Below, piece by piece: positions 9,055 through 19,912 of a stretch of DNA of 64,000 nt. The first letter of the stretch is position 1; each line of letters opens with the position of its first letter. Under the pieces are notes generated by a model, which saw nothing but the letters and a program-made list of their open reading frames with translations, was not told where the DNA came from and did not search any database. Made by a program: the position numbers and the translations under genes. Origin of the DNA: Candidatus Bathyarchaeota archaeon (GTDB taxonomy: Archaea > Thermoproteota > Bathyarchaeia > Bathyarchaeales > Bathycorpusculaceae); assembly GCA_963720565.1 (NCBI GenBank), contig CAVRFW010000005.1, positions 288,001 through 352,000 on the forward strand, read 5' to 3'.

Positions 9055-10167
9055 GTGACAGGGAGCTTTCCAACGATGAAAATGACTTGCAAGAGTGAAT
9101 TGTTGAATTTTCTGGAAGAAAGCAATGGAAGAAGAGTTGTGGTTATGCCCGATTTTTTCCTCGACAGGATAATCAGCCTAGATTGTGATGTGACAAAGTT
9201 TTCCTCGATGCTTTCAGGCGTGGCTACTCGAAAGGGCGGAAGCATAGACGGTATCCCACAAGTAGACGTCATTGGGGGGAACGCTGTCAACACGGCCTCA
9301 GCTTTGGCAGCGCTGGGAGCAAAAGTTACTCCGATTATTTGCACTGGCAAGCTTGGATTACAGCAGATAAAACTCCTTCTTGGGCAATATAACGGTGATT
9401 GTTCTCACGTCAAGATTGTTGAAAAAACATCCGTAACAACGGCACTGGAATTCGATACCGGAAACGAAAAAAAGAATGTAATGCTCAGAGATGTAGGTAG
9501 CCTATCTAACTTCGGTCCTTCTGATCTAAACGACAGCGATTACGAGTTGATTGAAAACGCGGATTATGTTTGCCTCTTTAACTGGGCAGGAACAAGAAAA
9601 TTCGGCACAAAACTAGCTGAAACCGTTTTCAGCAGAACAAAAACAAAAGGGAAAGGCAAGACCTACTTCGACACTGCAGACCCAACCCCTAACAGAGAAA
9701 AGATTCCTGAGTTAATGGAAACTGTATTAAAAAAACGGCAAGTAGACATTTTAAGTTTGAACGAGAACGAGGCAATCAGCTACGGAACCCTGCTGGACGA
9801 TGAAATAGCGAAACCGCGTGAAAAAACACAACTTGAAACGTTGGCGATGGACGCTGCCAGAGTCTTAGCCAAACGCTTGTCAGCCAGAATTGACTTGCAC
9901 ACCACTGCTTTCTCGGTTACGTTCACAAGAAAACAAGAGATTACTGTTCCTGCATTTAGGATTAAACCATTAAGGGCTACAGGCGCAGGTGACGCTTGGA
10001 ACGCGGGAAATATTTTGGGCGATGGAAGTGGTCTTTCAGACGAAGCCAGATTAACTCTAGCTAATGCGGTTTCCGCATGCTACTTAACTGATCCTCACGG
10101 CCTGCACCCCACAAGAGAGAATCTAACCCGGTTCATACAGAAATGTGAACTAACGCCCGCCAAATGA
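9055..10167 (+). CDS. PfkB/ribokinase-family carbohydrate kinase
   Basis: GGNAVNTASALAALG and ATGAGDAWNAG signature motifs, plus NENEA. Confidence 0.85.
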   Translation: MTGSFPTMKMTCKSELLNFLEESNGRRVVVMPDFFLDRIISLDCDVTKFSSMLSGVATRKGGSIDGIPQVDVIGGNAVNTASALAALGAKVTPIICTGKLGLQQIKLLLGQYNGDCSHVKIVEKTSVTTALEFDTGNEKKNVMLRDVGSLSNFGPSDLNDSDYELIENADYVCLFNWAGTRKFGTKLAETVFSRTKTKGKGKTYFDTADPTPNREKIPELMETVLKKRQVDILSLNENEAISYGTLLDDEIAKPREKTQLETLAMDAARVLAKRLSARIDLHTTAFSVTFTRKQEITVPAFRIKPLRATGAGDAWNAGNILGDGSGLSDEARLTLANAVSACYLTDPHGLHPTRENLTRFIQKCELTPAK

Positions 10168-10259
10168 AGAAGTAAGTGGCAAAATGTTTTCCTGAGTCGT
10201 AAAAATCAAAGATAAATAGTTGTACTGCACATTCTGTAAGAATGTATGGAGGATAAAAG

Positions 10260-10682
10260 TTGTCTGTAGCTCAGAGGAAGTTCTTCACCGAAGTTGCAGC
10301 GTTGGCAGAAAAAACCGTCATTGTTACAACTACAGCGGGAAAAACGTTCACAGGTACTCTCGTTGGAATTAATCCTGACAATCTAAGCCTTTGCATGGCT
10401 GAGGCAAAGGACGAGACTGGAAAAGTTTCACACAGGGTTTTCCTGAGCGGAAACGTTATCGCCCAAATATCCAGCACAGAGAAGCCATTCGACCTGAAAG
10501 CATTGGCAAATCGCTTGGAAAAAGTCTTCCCGACGATGGTTAAGCTGTACGAAGACAAAGGGTTCATATGGGTTATGGAAAAAGTCAAGCTCACGGAAAG
10601 AGGTGTTGCAGAAGGTTCTGGTCCTGCTGCTGAACGTGTGCAAAGAGTTTACGAACAGTTCATAAGTGAAGCAAAAAGCTAG
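10260..10682 (+). CDS. Lsm/Sm-like RNA-binding protein with C-terminal extension (SmAP3-type)
   Basis: Sm1 motif GKTFTGTLVGINPDNLSLCMAEA, plus a C-terminal domain (VKLYEDKGFIWVMEKVKLTERGV..GSGPAAERV). Confidence 0.85.
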   Translation: MSVAQRKFFTEVAALAEKTVIVTTTAGKTFTGTLVGINPDNLSLCMAEAKDETGKVSHRVFLSGNVIAQISSTEKPFDLKALANRLEKVFPTMVKLYEDKGFIWVMEKVKLTERGVAEGSGPAAERVQRVYEQFISEAKS

Positions 10683-11431
10683 ATAAACCAGCGCATCTGC
10701 TCTTCTTCCTTCTTCTTTTCCTCAACTATATTTCTAATCAGTCCGAAAGACTCAAGAGTTCTTTTTGTCTCATCCGCGACAGTGTCCAGCTTGGACACAT
10801 CGATGGTCAAATTCAAATACTTGCCAAGAGCCGCCAAGGCATGACGCGTGGCGTTCGCGTCTGGATACATACCCAGTGTGTCAACCAGCAGAGCAAAACC
10901 TCGGAAGTTTCTCAGTTTGCCTAATCCAACAAGGAGCCCAGCAATTCCAAATATGTGTCCCACCATTATTTTAGTTCCCAAGTCCAAAGCTTCCTTCAAT
11001 GACTCGGGATCTGTCGCAGCACTGTAGATAGCTGGGATAGGCTGAACTTCATCTTTCTTAAAACCGCCAATAGATATTATGGAGCGGCAACCGAGTTCCT
11101 GCACAATGTCAAGTATTTTTCCACATAACTCGTACTGCCCAAAAGTTGTCAAAGCCTGACTATTTCCATGCCAAATTATCAAGTCGCGACCCCCATCCTC
11201 CCTTTTCCAGTAGTACAACTCATTTACTGGCGAACTAATGCCTCCTCCATCCGTTGTCGCCGCAAAATCTTGGAAGGAAGCAGAAACAATTTCGGCGAAA
11301 CGCTTTGCCTTTAATTCCTTTATCAGATGCAGCGTTGCGATATTTGCTACAAACCCTATTCCAGGTAACCCCTCGATTAGAATCGGATCGTTGAGCTGTG
11401 GCTTTTCATGTATTTCTATCGTGCAAACCAT
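10679..11431 (-). CDS. PAC2-family proteasome assembly chaperone-like protein
   Basis: LIEGLPGIGFVANIATLHL, ISIGG and YPDANA motifs. Confidence 0.85.
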   Translation of the reverse strand: MVCTIEIHEKPQLNDPILIEGLPGIGFVANIATLHLIKELKAKRFAEIVSASFQDFAATTDGGGISSPVNELYYWKREDGGRDLIIWHGNSQALTTFGQYELCGKILDIVQELGCRSIISIGGFKKDEVQPIPAIYSAATDPESLKEALDLGTKIMVGHIFGIAGLLVGLGKLRNFRGFALLVDTLGMYPDANATRHALAALGKYLNLTIDVSKLDTVADETKRTLESFGLIRNIVEEKKKEEEQMRWFI

Positions 11432-11649
11432 GGTTTAGCCCCTTTGAGTCAAGAATGGTAATAGCGAAAACATGTCATATAAGGGTGTCGAGACAGAGCT
11501 CAGGTCACCGTTTATGTCAACAAAACTTTCCAAGAGAAATTATCACTAGGCACATCGACGCGCAAAGCATCGATACACTCAGGGATTAGGGTCACAAAGA
11601 GGCTAGTGTTTTTTATAATCGTCTCAGCAGATTTGTTAAAGATTCACTA

Positions 11650-13275
11650 ATGAGTTTCGAAATTAAGGAAAAAGATCTGCTCGGGCGCATTGGAAAACTC
11701 AAGACCAAGAGCGGCGTTATCGAGACTCCGCTGTTGTTTCCCGTGATAAACCCGAGTATTCAGCCTATACCGCCCAAACGACTGAAGGACGAGTTCGGTT
11801 TTGAAGCTGTGATAACAAATGCTTACATTCTCAAAAAACGCTTCCAAGACAAGCCCTGTACGGTAGGTCTGCACAACTTCCTTGGTTTTGATGGTGCTAT
11901 AATGACTGATTCGGGTGCTTACCAAATTCTCGTTTATGGCAACGTGGATGTAAACCAAGCAGAGATAGTGAAGTACCAAGAGCAGATAGGCAGCGACATT
12001 GCAACAATACTAGATATCCCAACAGGTTGGCAAGTCACGCTGGAACAGGCAGAGGAAACGGTCTTAGAAACCCTGAAGAGGGCTAAAGCCTTCTTCAAAC
12101 TAAAAACTCGAGACGACATTCTCTGGGTTGGTCCAGTCCAAGGCGGGAGGCACATAGACCTAGTTAAGAAATCCGCTTGCGCAATGGGAAAGCTGCCCTT
12201 CCAAATCCACGCACTGGGCAGCCCAACAGAAGTCATGGAAAACTACCGCTACGACGTACTAGTAGACATGATTGCTACAGCAAAAATGAATCTGCCACTA
12301 GAGCGTCCGCTGCACCTTTTCGGTGCAGGACACCCAACAATGTTCGCTTTGGCCGTGGCTATGGGTTGCGACCTATTCGATTCAGCTGCCTACGCTTTGT
12401 ACGCTCGAGAAGGCCGTTACATGACAGAAAACGGCACATGGAGACTTGGTGAACTAGACTATTTACCTTGCCAATGTCCAAAATGCGCAAGCACAACGCC
12501 AAAAGCAGTTCTCGAGATGCCCCAGAAAGAGAAGGTGACTTTTCTAGCAGAACACAATCTTCACGTCTGCAATGCAGAGCTACGACGCATAAAACAAGCC
12601 ATAAAGGACGGCAGACTCTGGGAACACGTGGAAATGAGGGCACACGCACATCCTGCATTGTTCACAGCTCTGAAGAAAATAGGGAACTACGGAAATTTCC
12701 TTGAAAAGCACAGTCCAACAGTCAAGAGAAGCGGGGTTTTCTTCTTCGATTCAATTGGATTAGCTCGTCCCGAAGTTGCCCACTTCAGAAATCGACTAAA
12801 GCAACGCTACTCGCCGCCGAAAACCGCAAAAATTCTGTTGCTCGTCCCTCAAACTAGAAAAAAGCCTTTCCACAAAGCTCAAGAATTTAGCAAGATTAAA
12901 CAGGTCTTAAGACACCTGGACAAAAAAATTTCAGCCAAGATTCACGTATGCTTCTACGCTGCTCCATTTGGCTTGATTCCCATAGAGCTTGACGAGGTCT
13001 ACCCACTCTCACAGCATGAGACTGCCTCGCCACTTGACCATGAAACCAGAGAATACGTTGCAAATCAAGTATCCGACTACATAGATAGAACGCAATATGA
13101 GACTGTAGTTCTCCTTCAAGACGAACAACAATGGAGTGACATTGTCAAACGACTCTGCAGAAAGGTATGCCGAGAAAATGGCATAGGCTTCAAACACATA
13201 AACGTCAAAGCTGAAGGAACCAAAACAATTTTAACTCGACTAGAGATGACTCTGCAGAAATGCATGAGTGAATAA
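11650..13275 (+). CDS. tgtA: Archaeosine tRNA-guanine(15) transglycosylase
   Basis: MTDSGAYQ, HLFGAGHP, GCDLFDSAAY and the zinc site CQCPKC...H. Confidence 0.95.
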   Translation: MSFEIKEKDLLGRIGKLKTKSGVIETPLLFPVINPSIQPIPPKRLKDEFGFEAVITNAYILKKRFQDKPCTVGLHNFLGFDGAIMTDSGAYQILVYGNVDVNQAEIVKYQEQIGSDIATILDIPTGWQVTLEQAEETVLETLKRAKAFFKLKTRDDILWVGPVQGGRHIDLVKKSACAMGKLPFQIHALGSPTEVMENYRYDVLVDMIATAKMNLPLERPLHLFGAGHPTMFALAVAMGCDLFDSAAYALYAREGRYMTENGTWRLGELDYLPCQCPKCASTTPKAVLEMPQKEKVTFLAEHNLHVCNAELRRIKQAIKDGRLWEHVEMRAHAHPALFTALKKIGNYGNFLEKHSPTVKRSGVFFFDSIGLARPEVAHFRNRLKQRYSPPKTAKILLLVPQTRKKPFHKAQEFSKIKQVLRHLDKKISAKIHVCFYAAPFGLIPIELDEVYPLSQHETASPLDHETREYVANQVSDYIDRTQYETVVLLQDEQQWSDIVKRLCRKVCRENGIGFKHINVKAEGTKTILTRLEMTLQKCMSE

Positions 13276-13277
13276 CT

Positions 13278-13884
13278 TTGATTAAAGCGGACCTACACAT
13301 TCACACCACGTACTCGGATGATTCAACTGTAACGCCTAAGACACTCGTGGAAAGAGCTCTCCGCCCATCCTTCCGTTAAAGTTGCAGCCTTAACTGACCA
13401 TAACACTGTTCAAGGCTACCAGTCAACGCAGAAGTTGGCTTCCGTCTACCCGGATATTCTGATAATTCCAGGAGTCGAAATAAGCACTCCCCAGGGAGAC
13501 ATAGTAGTCTTGGGCACAGAGGAACTACCATCTGAACCTTGGACGGTCGAAAGTATAGTTGACTTCGCCCACGAAAATGGCAGCGTTTCCGTAGTCGCAC
13601 ATCCCTACCGCGAATACGGTATGGGCGATCTGGCAAAAAATTACAAGTTTGACGCCGTCGAAGTCCTAAACGGAGCTTCATCACCTCTCGCCAACAAGGC
13701 TGCCCAAGACCTCGCTAAACTTATGGATTTGCCCGGCGTCGCAGGTACGGATTCCCATCAGCCCGAGGACCTATTCACCGTCTGCACAGAAGTCCAAGCA
13801 GACTTAGATGTTGAGGAGATCCTTAAAGCTCTGAAAAAGGGCTTGGTAAAAGTATCCACTTTAAGAGGGTCAATACATTTTTAA
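13278..13884 (+). CDS. PHP-domain metal-dependent phosphoesterase (apparent frameshift near 13352)
   Basis: TTG 13278 gives MIKADLHIHTTYSDDS. After a +1 shift the frame continues ALTDHNT, PGVEIS, AHPYR and GTDSH. Confidence 0.85.
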
Positions 13885-13942
13885 AATAGCGCACCTGATT
13901 CTTGACTGTTCATTAACTGCTGTGCAGAAGGATTGGTCCTGA

Positions 13943-15199
13943 TTGAGGATTGGCTTTTTAGGTGGAGCACGCGAGGTCGGCAGGATAGGAATATCCGTAA
14001 AATCCGAAAAGACACAGGTTTTGCTAGATTACGGTGTGATGCTTGATCGTGAACCTGGCTTTCCCATGCATATACCGCCGAAAGAAGTAGACGCCCTAAT
14101 CCTTACTCATAGCCACCTTGACCATTCTGGGGCGCTCCCGATGTTTTACATCGAGGGCAAGCGGCCTCTGTACACTAACAAACTAAATTTGGAGTTAACC
14201 CAACTTCTAATAAGAGATTTCATTCACCTTTCCGGTTACTACCTGCCTTTTGAGTATCTTGAATTGGGAACAATGATGAGAAGCAACAAGCACTTGGATT
14301 TCGGCGAGGAAGAAAAAGTAGGAGACATGCGATTTCAGCTTCTAAACGCAGGGCATACCCCCGGAAGCGCCCATGTACTAATAGAGACAGAGGGCAAAAG
14401 GATACTTTACACTGGTGACTTCAACACCGACGAAAGCAAACTTCTCGCAGGATCCACAATGGATTACGGCGATTTGGACGCAGTGATAATAGAGAGCACC
14501 TACGCAAATGAAGACCATACGGACCGCGATGAACTCGAAAAGCGTTTTGTGGAATCGGTTACAGAAGTAGTGGAGAAAGGGGGCATCGTTCTGGTACCCG
14601 CATTCGGGGTCGGCAGGTCCCAAGAGATGGCCACAATCTTGGCTGCGCATCATTTTGAATACCCCATCGTGTTGGATGGTATGACCCGTGAAGCAAGCAG
14701 GATAATTATGAATTACAAAGAGTTTCTAAGAGACCCAAAGATATTCATGGATGCCATGCACTCTGCAGACTGGGTTGAAGGTTGGAGAGATAGGCGACGA
14801 GCACTCAAGAACCCGAGCGTTATCATCTCAACCGCCGGCATGCTAAAAGGCGGTCCCGCCTCGTTCTACCTGTCGAAAATCGGGAAGAAAGCCAACAACG
14901 CAATTTTCCTGGTTAGTTACCAAATCCCAGGGACTCCTGGCAAAGAATTATTGGACAAGGGCATCTGCACAATCGATGGAAAAGTGCGCAGAGTTAAAGC
15001 CCGCTATGAACATTTTGACTTTTCCTCTCACTGCGGCGCAAGCCAACTTAGGAACGCCTTGAGGACTATAGGTGGAAAGCCAAAAGTCTTCTCAGTTCAC
15101 GGCGCCGAAGGCAATTGTGAATTACTCGCGAATTGGGCCAAGAGTGAACTGGGCTTGGAAGCTTACGCGCCCAAAACTGGAGATTACTTCGAGGTCTAA
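13943..15199 (+). CDS. Metallo-beta-lactamase / beta-CASP ribonuclease (aCPSF2-like)
   Basis: GGAREVGR, THSHLDHSG, AGHTPGS, YTGDF, ESTY, GRSQE, FSSH and VHG motifs. Confidence 0.9.
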   Translation: MRIGFLGGAREVGRIGISVKSEKTQVLLDYGVMLDREPGFPMHIPPKEVDALILTHSHLDHSGALPMFYIEGKRPLYTNKLNLELTQLLIRDFIHLSGYYLPFEYLELGTMMRSNKHLDFGEEEKVGDMRFQLLNAGHTPGSAHVLIETEGKRILYTGDFNTDESKLLAGSTMDYGDLDAVIIESTYANEDHTDRDELEKRFVESVTEVVEKGGIVLVPAFGVGRSQEMATILAAHHFEYPIVLDGMTREASRIIMNYKEFLRDPKIFMDAMHSADWVEGWRDRRRALKNPSVIISTAGMLKGGPASFYLSKIGKKANNAIFLVSYQIPGTPGKELLDKGICTIDGKVRRVKARYEHFDFSSHCGASQLRNALRTIGGKPKVFSVHGAEGNCELLANWAKSELGLEAYAPKTGDYFEV

Positions 15200-15305
15200 G
15201 TATCCTGTTCTGAAAATCAACGTTTAACTCTCGGATTAAAAAGAGGGCCTTTAGTCAAACAAATCTTGGTTTGCCTTTCATAGGAAAAGGACGGGGTTTA
15301 GACAA

Positions 15306-15896
15306 TCAAGACTGAGCCTGAGCGAACCATTCTCTAAAGACATCCGGGATCTTCTGAGGGTTTTCCAGCACGTGGACGTCTTCCATACGTTCAAGTCGCC
15401 TCACATTTTCTGCGTCTTCTTTTCTAACTCTCAGCTTCATCTCTTTGCCATTGGGAAGTTTTGTGTAGACTATTTTTTCTTCATAGTCAGTGGGCACGAT
15501 ATAAACGGGCACAAAAGCTTTCAGACTCATGCTCGCTGCGTTTGTGAGCACCGTGTCGCCTATTCCGAAGGCAATTTTAGCTACTGTGTTTGACGTGCCT
15601 GGAACAATAAGGAGAAACTCGTACTTGTGCATCTGCATCCACGCAGCAAGGAAAGGCGAATTGGAGTTTAGTTCTAAGAAGACCTTCTGGAAGTTTTTCT
15701 TCAAATCCTCTTCAAGCCCGTAGAATTTCATAACAGTTTCTGCAGCCTTGGAAAGGAAAACATGGATTTCGATAGTGTTCTCGTATTCTTTTTTGACGCT
15801 TTTCATTATGTCGATAATTTCGGCGATTTTATCGCCTGCACCCGATATTCCCCAAGCAACCTTCCTCTTTTTAGCTTCAACTTTGTCGCTAGTCAC
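15306..15896 (-). CDS. afpA: Archaeoflavoprotein (AfpA-like)
   Basis: VAWGISGAGD, NSNSPFLA and TSNTVAKIAFGIGDTVLTNA flavoprotein motifs. Confidence 0.8.
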   Translation of the reverse strand: MTSDKVEAKKRKVAWGISGAGDKIAEIIDIMKSVKKEYENTIEIHVFLSKAAETVMKFYGLEEDLKKNFQKVFLELNSNSPFLAAWMQMHKYEFLLIVPGTSNTVAKIAFGIGDTVLTNAASMSLKAFVPVYIVPTDYEEKIVYTKLPNGKEMKLRVRKEDAENVRRLERMEDVHVLENPQKIPDVFREWFAQAQS

Positions 15897-16503
15897 TCCC
15901 GTCTTGTCCCCCTTTGTATTTGTTGAGGTACTCTATGAATCTTTTAACTGTTTTCTTCAGACTCCTAAAGCCTTCTTCATCCTGGCGTGCGCCTTCCAGA
16001 GTGTCCTTGGTCCAAAATGTAGCTCCCAGGTTTGCGCCAAAAAACCCGCCGCTAACCGATATCATGCCGTTAAGGATGTAGAAGTTATGAATCTGCTGCA
16101 GAGCAGCTTCTTGCCCTCCTATACGATCCCCTCCGAGGGCTATTCCCATTCCAATCTTGAACTTGAAAAAATCTTTGTCTGCTGCCACAACTGCACGGCA
16201 CCTGTCCATAACGGTTTTGGTTTGCGCACTAACCCCTCCATTGTATACTGGCGTTGCAAATATTATCCCATTCGCCTCTTTCAGAAGCGCGTATAGCTCT
16301 TGCATGTCGTCTTTGAAGATGCATTCTTTCTTCTTGAGGCAGTAGTCGCAGTGTGTGCAGAAACCAATATTCTTTCCGCGGACACTCCAGAAGCGTGTCC
16401 TAACACCTTTTTCCTCCAACATCCTCAAAGCTTCTCTCAAAACATGCTCAGTAGCTTGCTGCCTTGGGCTGCAACAAATGCCAACGATATTCATAATGAT
16501 CAA
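15889..16503 (-). CDS. Iron-sulfur flavoprotein (flavodoxin-like, Isf family)
   Basis: GICCSPR, CTHCDYC...C Fe-S motif, ATPVYNG and GGDRIGGQE. Confidence 0.85.
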   Translation of the reverse strand: MIIMNIVGICCSPRQQATEHVLREALRMLEEKGVRTRFWSVRGKNIGFCTHCDYCLKKKECIFKDDMQELYALLKEANGIIFATPVYNGGVSAQTKTVMDRCRAVVAADKDFFKFKIGMGIALGGDRIGGQEAALQQIHNFYILNGMISVSGGFFGANLGATFWTKDTLEGARQDEEGFRSLKKTVKRFIEYLNKYKGGQDGSD

Positions 16504-16654
16504 AACTCAATACTCTTCTGTGGGCATTAAGCTTTCCCAAAACCAACCGTTTCAAAATTCAAGTTCTATTCTGAAAGTGTTTCTTATGCGCAGACTGCAA
16601 TGCACTTGATATCGAAACAGAAGCGGAAAAAAAATGGAAAAGAAGGTTTGTGGT

Positions 16655-18871
16655 TTATTCTGACTCAAAGTATTCTTCTGGTTTTGGCGGAATCGGAGTC
16701 AAGCCTCTGCGTTCACGTATTTGCTTTATTGTGTCAGCCTGCATCTGTTCTGGTACCTGTGCCCAACGCGCAAACTGTGTCGCCCAGAATGCTCTGCCCT
16801 GCGTTGACGACCGTAGTTCGTCGGCGATTCCGAAGCTTTCTGAAACTGGCATTTCGGCTTTGACGGTTATTATGTCTTCTTCTGATGGCATATCTAGAAT
16901 CTTTCCTCGTCTCTTGTTTAGAAGAGTGATTACGGAACTGACGAAGTCACTAGGAACTTTGCATTCGAAGCTTAGGAGTGGTTCGAGCATTTTGGGGTCG
17001 CTCAGCAGAATGGCGCAGTATATGGGTCGCCAAGTCATAGGTATAACTTGCGCTGGGCCTCTGTGAACGGGGTCTTCGTGCACGGTAACGTCTTCGAGAT
17101 TAATCTTTAGGCCGTAAGCGGGTTCTTTGGCTAACGGTGACGTGTGAACGGCTTCGCGGAAACCAGTTTTAACGTGGTCAAGAATTTCCTCCACGTATTG
17201 TCTTCCTCTAATCCGGTTGACCAGTATGTTGTTTTCTTCGACGGCGACTGCGCCCTTTGCTTCATCCGGTGCCCAGCCTAAGCCTCTCAGGATTTTGGTT
17301 CTTTCGTCTTTGCTTTGCATGTCGGTGATTTTTTCGGATTTTATTGCCTCTATCACGTCTTCCGACAATTTCTCGATTGTTATCCAGAGCTTGTTATGCT
17401 TGTTAGGACTCTTGCCCATAATTGCGGAGCCCCTATAATCGTGGCTGATAGTTTCGCGATAATTGACGATGGGTTTGCTAAGCTTCACTTTTAACCCTGC
17501 CTCCTGCATACGGTAGGCAGTGATCTCAAGGTGAAGTTCGCCCATTCCACTTAATAGAAACTCGCCGCTTTCCTTGTTCATCTTGAAGTGCAAGTTAGGA
17601 TCTTCAGTAGTTAGTTTGTGCATAACTTTGTCGAACAATGGCAAATCCTTAACGTCCTCAGGCTCGACTGCAACTGTTACTACAGGATCCGAAACGTATC
17701 TCAGCCCTTCGAACGAGTGTGTTTCAACGCCGTCTTCAGCTATTGTTTCTCCAACGTGGATTGATGGTAAGCCTGATATAGCTGCAATGTTTCCGGCTGG
17801 AACGCGATCGATTATAACCCTGTCAGTAGCCATACTCATGTAAACCTGTTGTATCGTGCCTTTCTGGTGACTGCTTACAAGTTGCACGACCTTGCCCTTA
17901 GTGACTGAACCGCTGAAAATGCGCCCTATGGCTACAGTTCCACTATGGGGATCAACTTCAATTGTTGAGATGCACATAAGCAATGGCCCGTTTGGGTCCA
18001 CCTTAGCCATGCCGATACCTGTTGGGCTATCAATTTCACCCGGCCAAATTTGAGTCTGCCTGTAAGGTTGAGCTTGCAGAGGATTGGGTAAATGCTCAAC
18101 GAACATATCTAGAATTGGATCCGGTAAGGGAGCTTTCTTACTTAGTTCGTCAACTTTTCGTCCCACTTCTTCTGGCGCCCCAGAGTAAGCCTCTATGATG
18201 TCTCTAAATGAAATCTTCTTCATTTTCATGTGGATTGAGTTCAAACCCCATTTATGGAGGGCTGAACCGAAAGCTACACGTCCATCTTCGACTGTTACCT
18301 GCCAATCTTTCTTATGTTCAGCAGGAGCATACTTCTCTATCAATGAGTTGACTCTAAAAAGTATTTTTGCGAATTTACGTTGAATCTCTTCTGGTGTTAA
18401 TTTTATTTCTTTAATGAGTCTGTCAACCTTGTTTATGAAGAGGATTGGTTTAACGCGTTCTCGTAGAGCTTGCATCAGGACAGTTTCTGTCTGAGTCATG
18501 GGGCCTTCAACCGAATCTACAACTACAAGTGCGCCGTCAACCGCTCTAAGACTTCTCGTTACCGCTCCGCTGAAGTCAATGTGACCGGGAGTGTCAATTA
18601 GGTTGATTAGATAATCCTTCTCCTTGAATGTGTGAGTTAAACTGACGTTTGATGCAAAGACTGTCATCTGTCTTTTCTGTTCAAGATCCCAGGAGTCTAA
18701 GAACAGTTTTTGTCCTGCTGTTTGTGTACTAATTATCCCGGCTGCAGCTAACAAGCTGTCAGACAAAGTTGTCTTGCCATGGTCAACATGGGCTATGATG
18801 CTGGTGTTCCTTATTATGACAGGATTGTTCATCAGTTTGACGATTTCTTCTGTTTGTCTATAACGTGCCAT
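16655..18871 (-). CDS. Elongation factor 2 family GTPase (probably an EF-2 paralog)
   Basis: AHVDHGKT, DTPGH, NKVD, GMGELHL and HEDPVHRGPAQ. Switch I reads KRQMTV instead of RGITI. Confidence 0.9.
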   Translation of the reverse strand: MARYRQTEEIVKLMNNPVIIRNTSIIAHVDHGKTTLSDSLLAAAGIISTQTAGQKLFLDSWDLEQKRQMTVFASNVSLTHTFKEKDYLINLIDTPGHIDFSGAVTRSLRAVDGALVVVDSVEGPMTQTETVLMQALRERVKPILFINKVDRLIKEIKLTPEEIQRKFAKILFRVNSLIEKYAPAEHKKDWQVTVEDGRVAFGSALHKWGLNSIHMKMKKISFRDIIEAYSGAPEEVGRKVDELSKKAPLPDPILDMFVEHLPNPLQAQPYRQTQIWPGEIDSPTGIGMAKVDPNGPLLMCISTIEVDPHSGTVAIGRIFSGSVTKGKVVQLVSSHQKGTIQQVYMSMATDRVIIDRVPAGNIAAISGLPSIHVGETIAEDGVETHSFEGLRYVSDPVVTVAVEPEDVKDLPLFDKVMHKLTTEDPNLHFKMNKESGEFLLSGMGELHLEITAYRMQEAGLKVKLSKPIVNYRETISHDYRGSAIMGKSPNKHNKLWITIEKLSEDVIEAIKSEKITDMQSKDERTKILRGLGWAPDEAKGAVAVEENNILVNRIRGRQYVEEILDHVKTGFREAVHTSPLAKEPAYGLKINLEDVTVHEDPVHRGPAQVIPMTWRPIYCAILLSDPKMLEPLLSFECKVPSDFVSSVITLLNKRRGKILDMPSEEDIITVKAEMPVSESFGIADELRSSTQGRAFWATQFARWAQVPEQMQADTIKQIRERRGLTPIPPKPEEYFESE

Positions 18872-19125
18872 AACAATGCATTCTCCATTCTGAATGATTA
18901 ACTATTAACTTGCAGAGTTGAGGTTTTGCGAATGAAAGCATTCTATTTCTCTCTTAAATAGATAGGCTACATGGAAATGAAAACTGTCGCCTATTAACCT
19001 TATGGCATCAATTTTTGAAAACAAAAATATGACAAAAACTGTTCTCTCTGCGAATAACGAGAATATCCGGGCGATTTTTGTCTGATTACTGTATTGGGAA
19101 ATATGTTTGGCTCAGATGTAGCTCT

Positions 19126-19401
19126 TTATCTGCTTGATCTTCGCACCATTAATGTCTGAACTTGGCTAACGCCTTTAATCTTTGCTAGGTCGACCTCGAA
19201 CTCGTCTACGATGCCCGTCTTGTCTTCTGGAAATCGCACTTGAACGAGAAGTGCTTTGAGTCCAAATGCTATAGGTTCCTCGCCGTATCCTTCAAGTGAA
19301 GAGAACTCGGGCAAACACTTCTCAACCTTTTTCTTCAAAGGATTAAAGCTTTTAACAATATCTTCTGGAAAAACCTTGTAGGTGACAATAACACTGCCCA
19401 T
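19126..19401 (-). CDS. ef1b: Elongation factor 1-beta
   Basis: MGSVIVTYKVFPED...EEPIAFGLKAL. Start moved to ATG 19401. Confidence 0.9.
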   Translation of the reverse strand: MGSVIVTYKVFPEDIVKSFNPLKKKVEKCLPEFSSLEGYGEEPIAFGLKALLVQVRFPEDKTGIVDEFEVDLAKIKGVSQVQTLMVRRSSR

Positions 19402-19417
19402 TCTAACCTCTCCTGCG

Positions 19418-19609
19418 TTACGGTCCAGTGAAACCGCATTTAGGACACTTGTAAACGCGCCCAAACTGCCTGCACTTGCCGCAACGTTTTATCTGTATCT
19501 CTCCACAGTTCGGACAAAGAAACTTTGTAGCCTCTGTTCCCGGTGGAATTGGTTTGCCGCAACTTGTGCATGTAACCAATGATAATGTTGCTGTTTTCTC
19601 AGACATCAT
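19418..19609 (-). CDS. Zn-ribbon RNA-binding protein (DUF1610-type)
   Basis: CTSCG...FLCPNCG...RCGKCR...[11 protein letters not shown]. Conserved position upstream of aEF-1beta. Confidence 0.9.
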   Translation of the reverse strand: MMSEKTATLSLVTCTSCGKPIPPGTEATKFLCPNCGEIQIKRCGKCRQFGRVYKCPKCGFTGP

Positions 19610-19912
19610 GCTTAACTCCGTGTCGCGTTTTGTAAATGCAAGACTTCCTTATATCTGCTATGCTTATCTTTCTTAGATGTTTAGACTACTGTATTGCTCA
19701 ACAATAAGACTAAGCATGGAATTAGGCCGAGGCTGATAATGGTTTTTTGATAGACAAATAGACTGTCCGTCGCTTTAGATCTTTCTCGTTCACTGTCCTC
19801 TCAAAAAAGTTTGAAGGTGAGCGTCTATTGAAAAATTCAAGCTATCTTCTAAACTGTTTTTGTTTCACAAGTTTATTATTTTGGTTTTCTGTCTATGTTC
19901 TGTGGGATAATT

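Noticed and set aside
11650..13275. TgtA lacking the PUA domain as a novelty
   Set aside because: Shortened or split archaeal TGT architectures are already known.
15748..16296. 182-aa plus-strand ORF and the many similar antisense ORFs in the track
   Set aside because: They lie opposite well-supported genes and are shadow ORFs.
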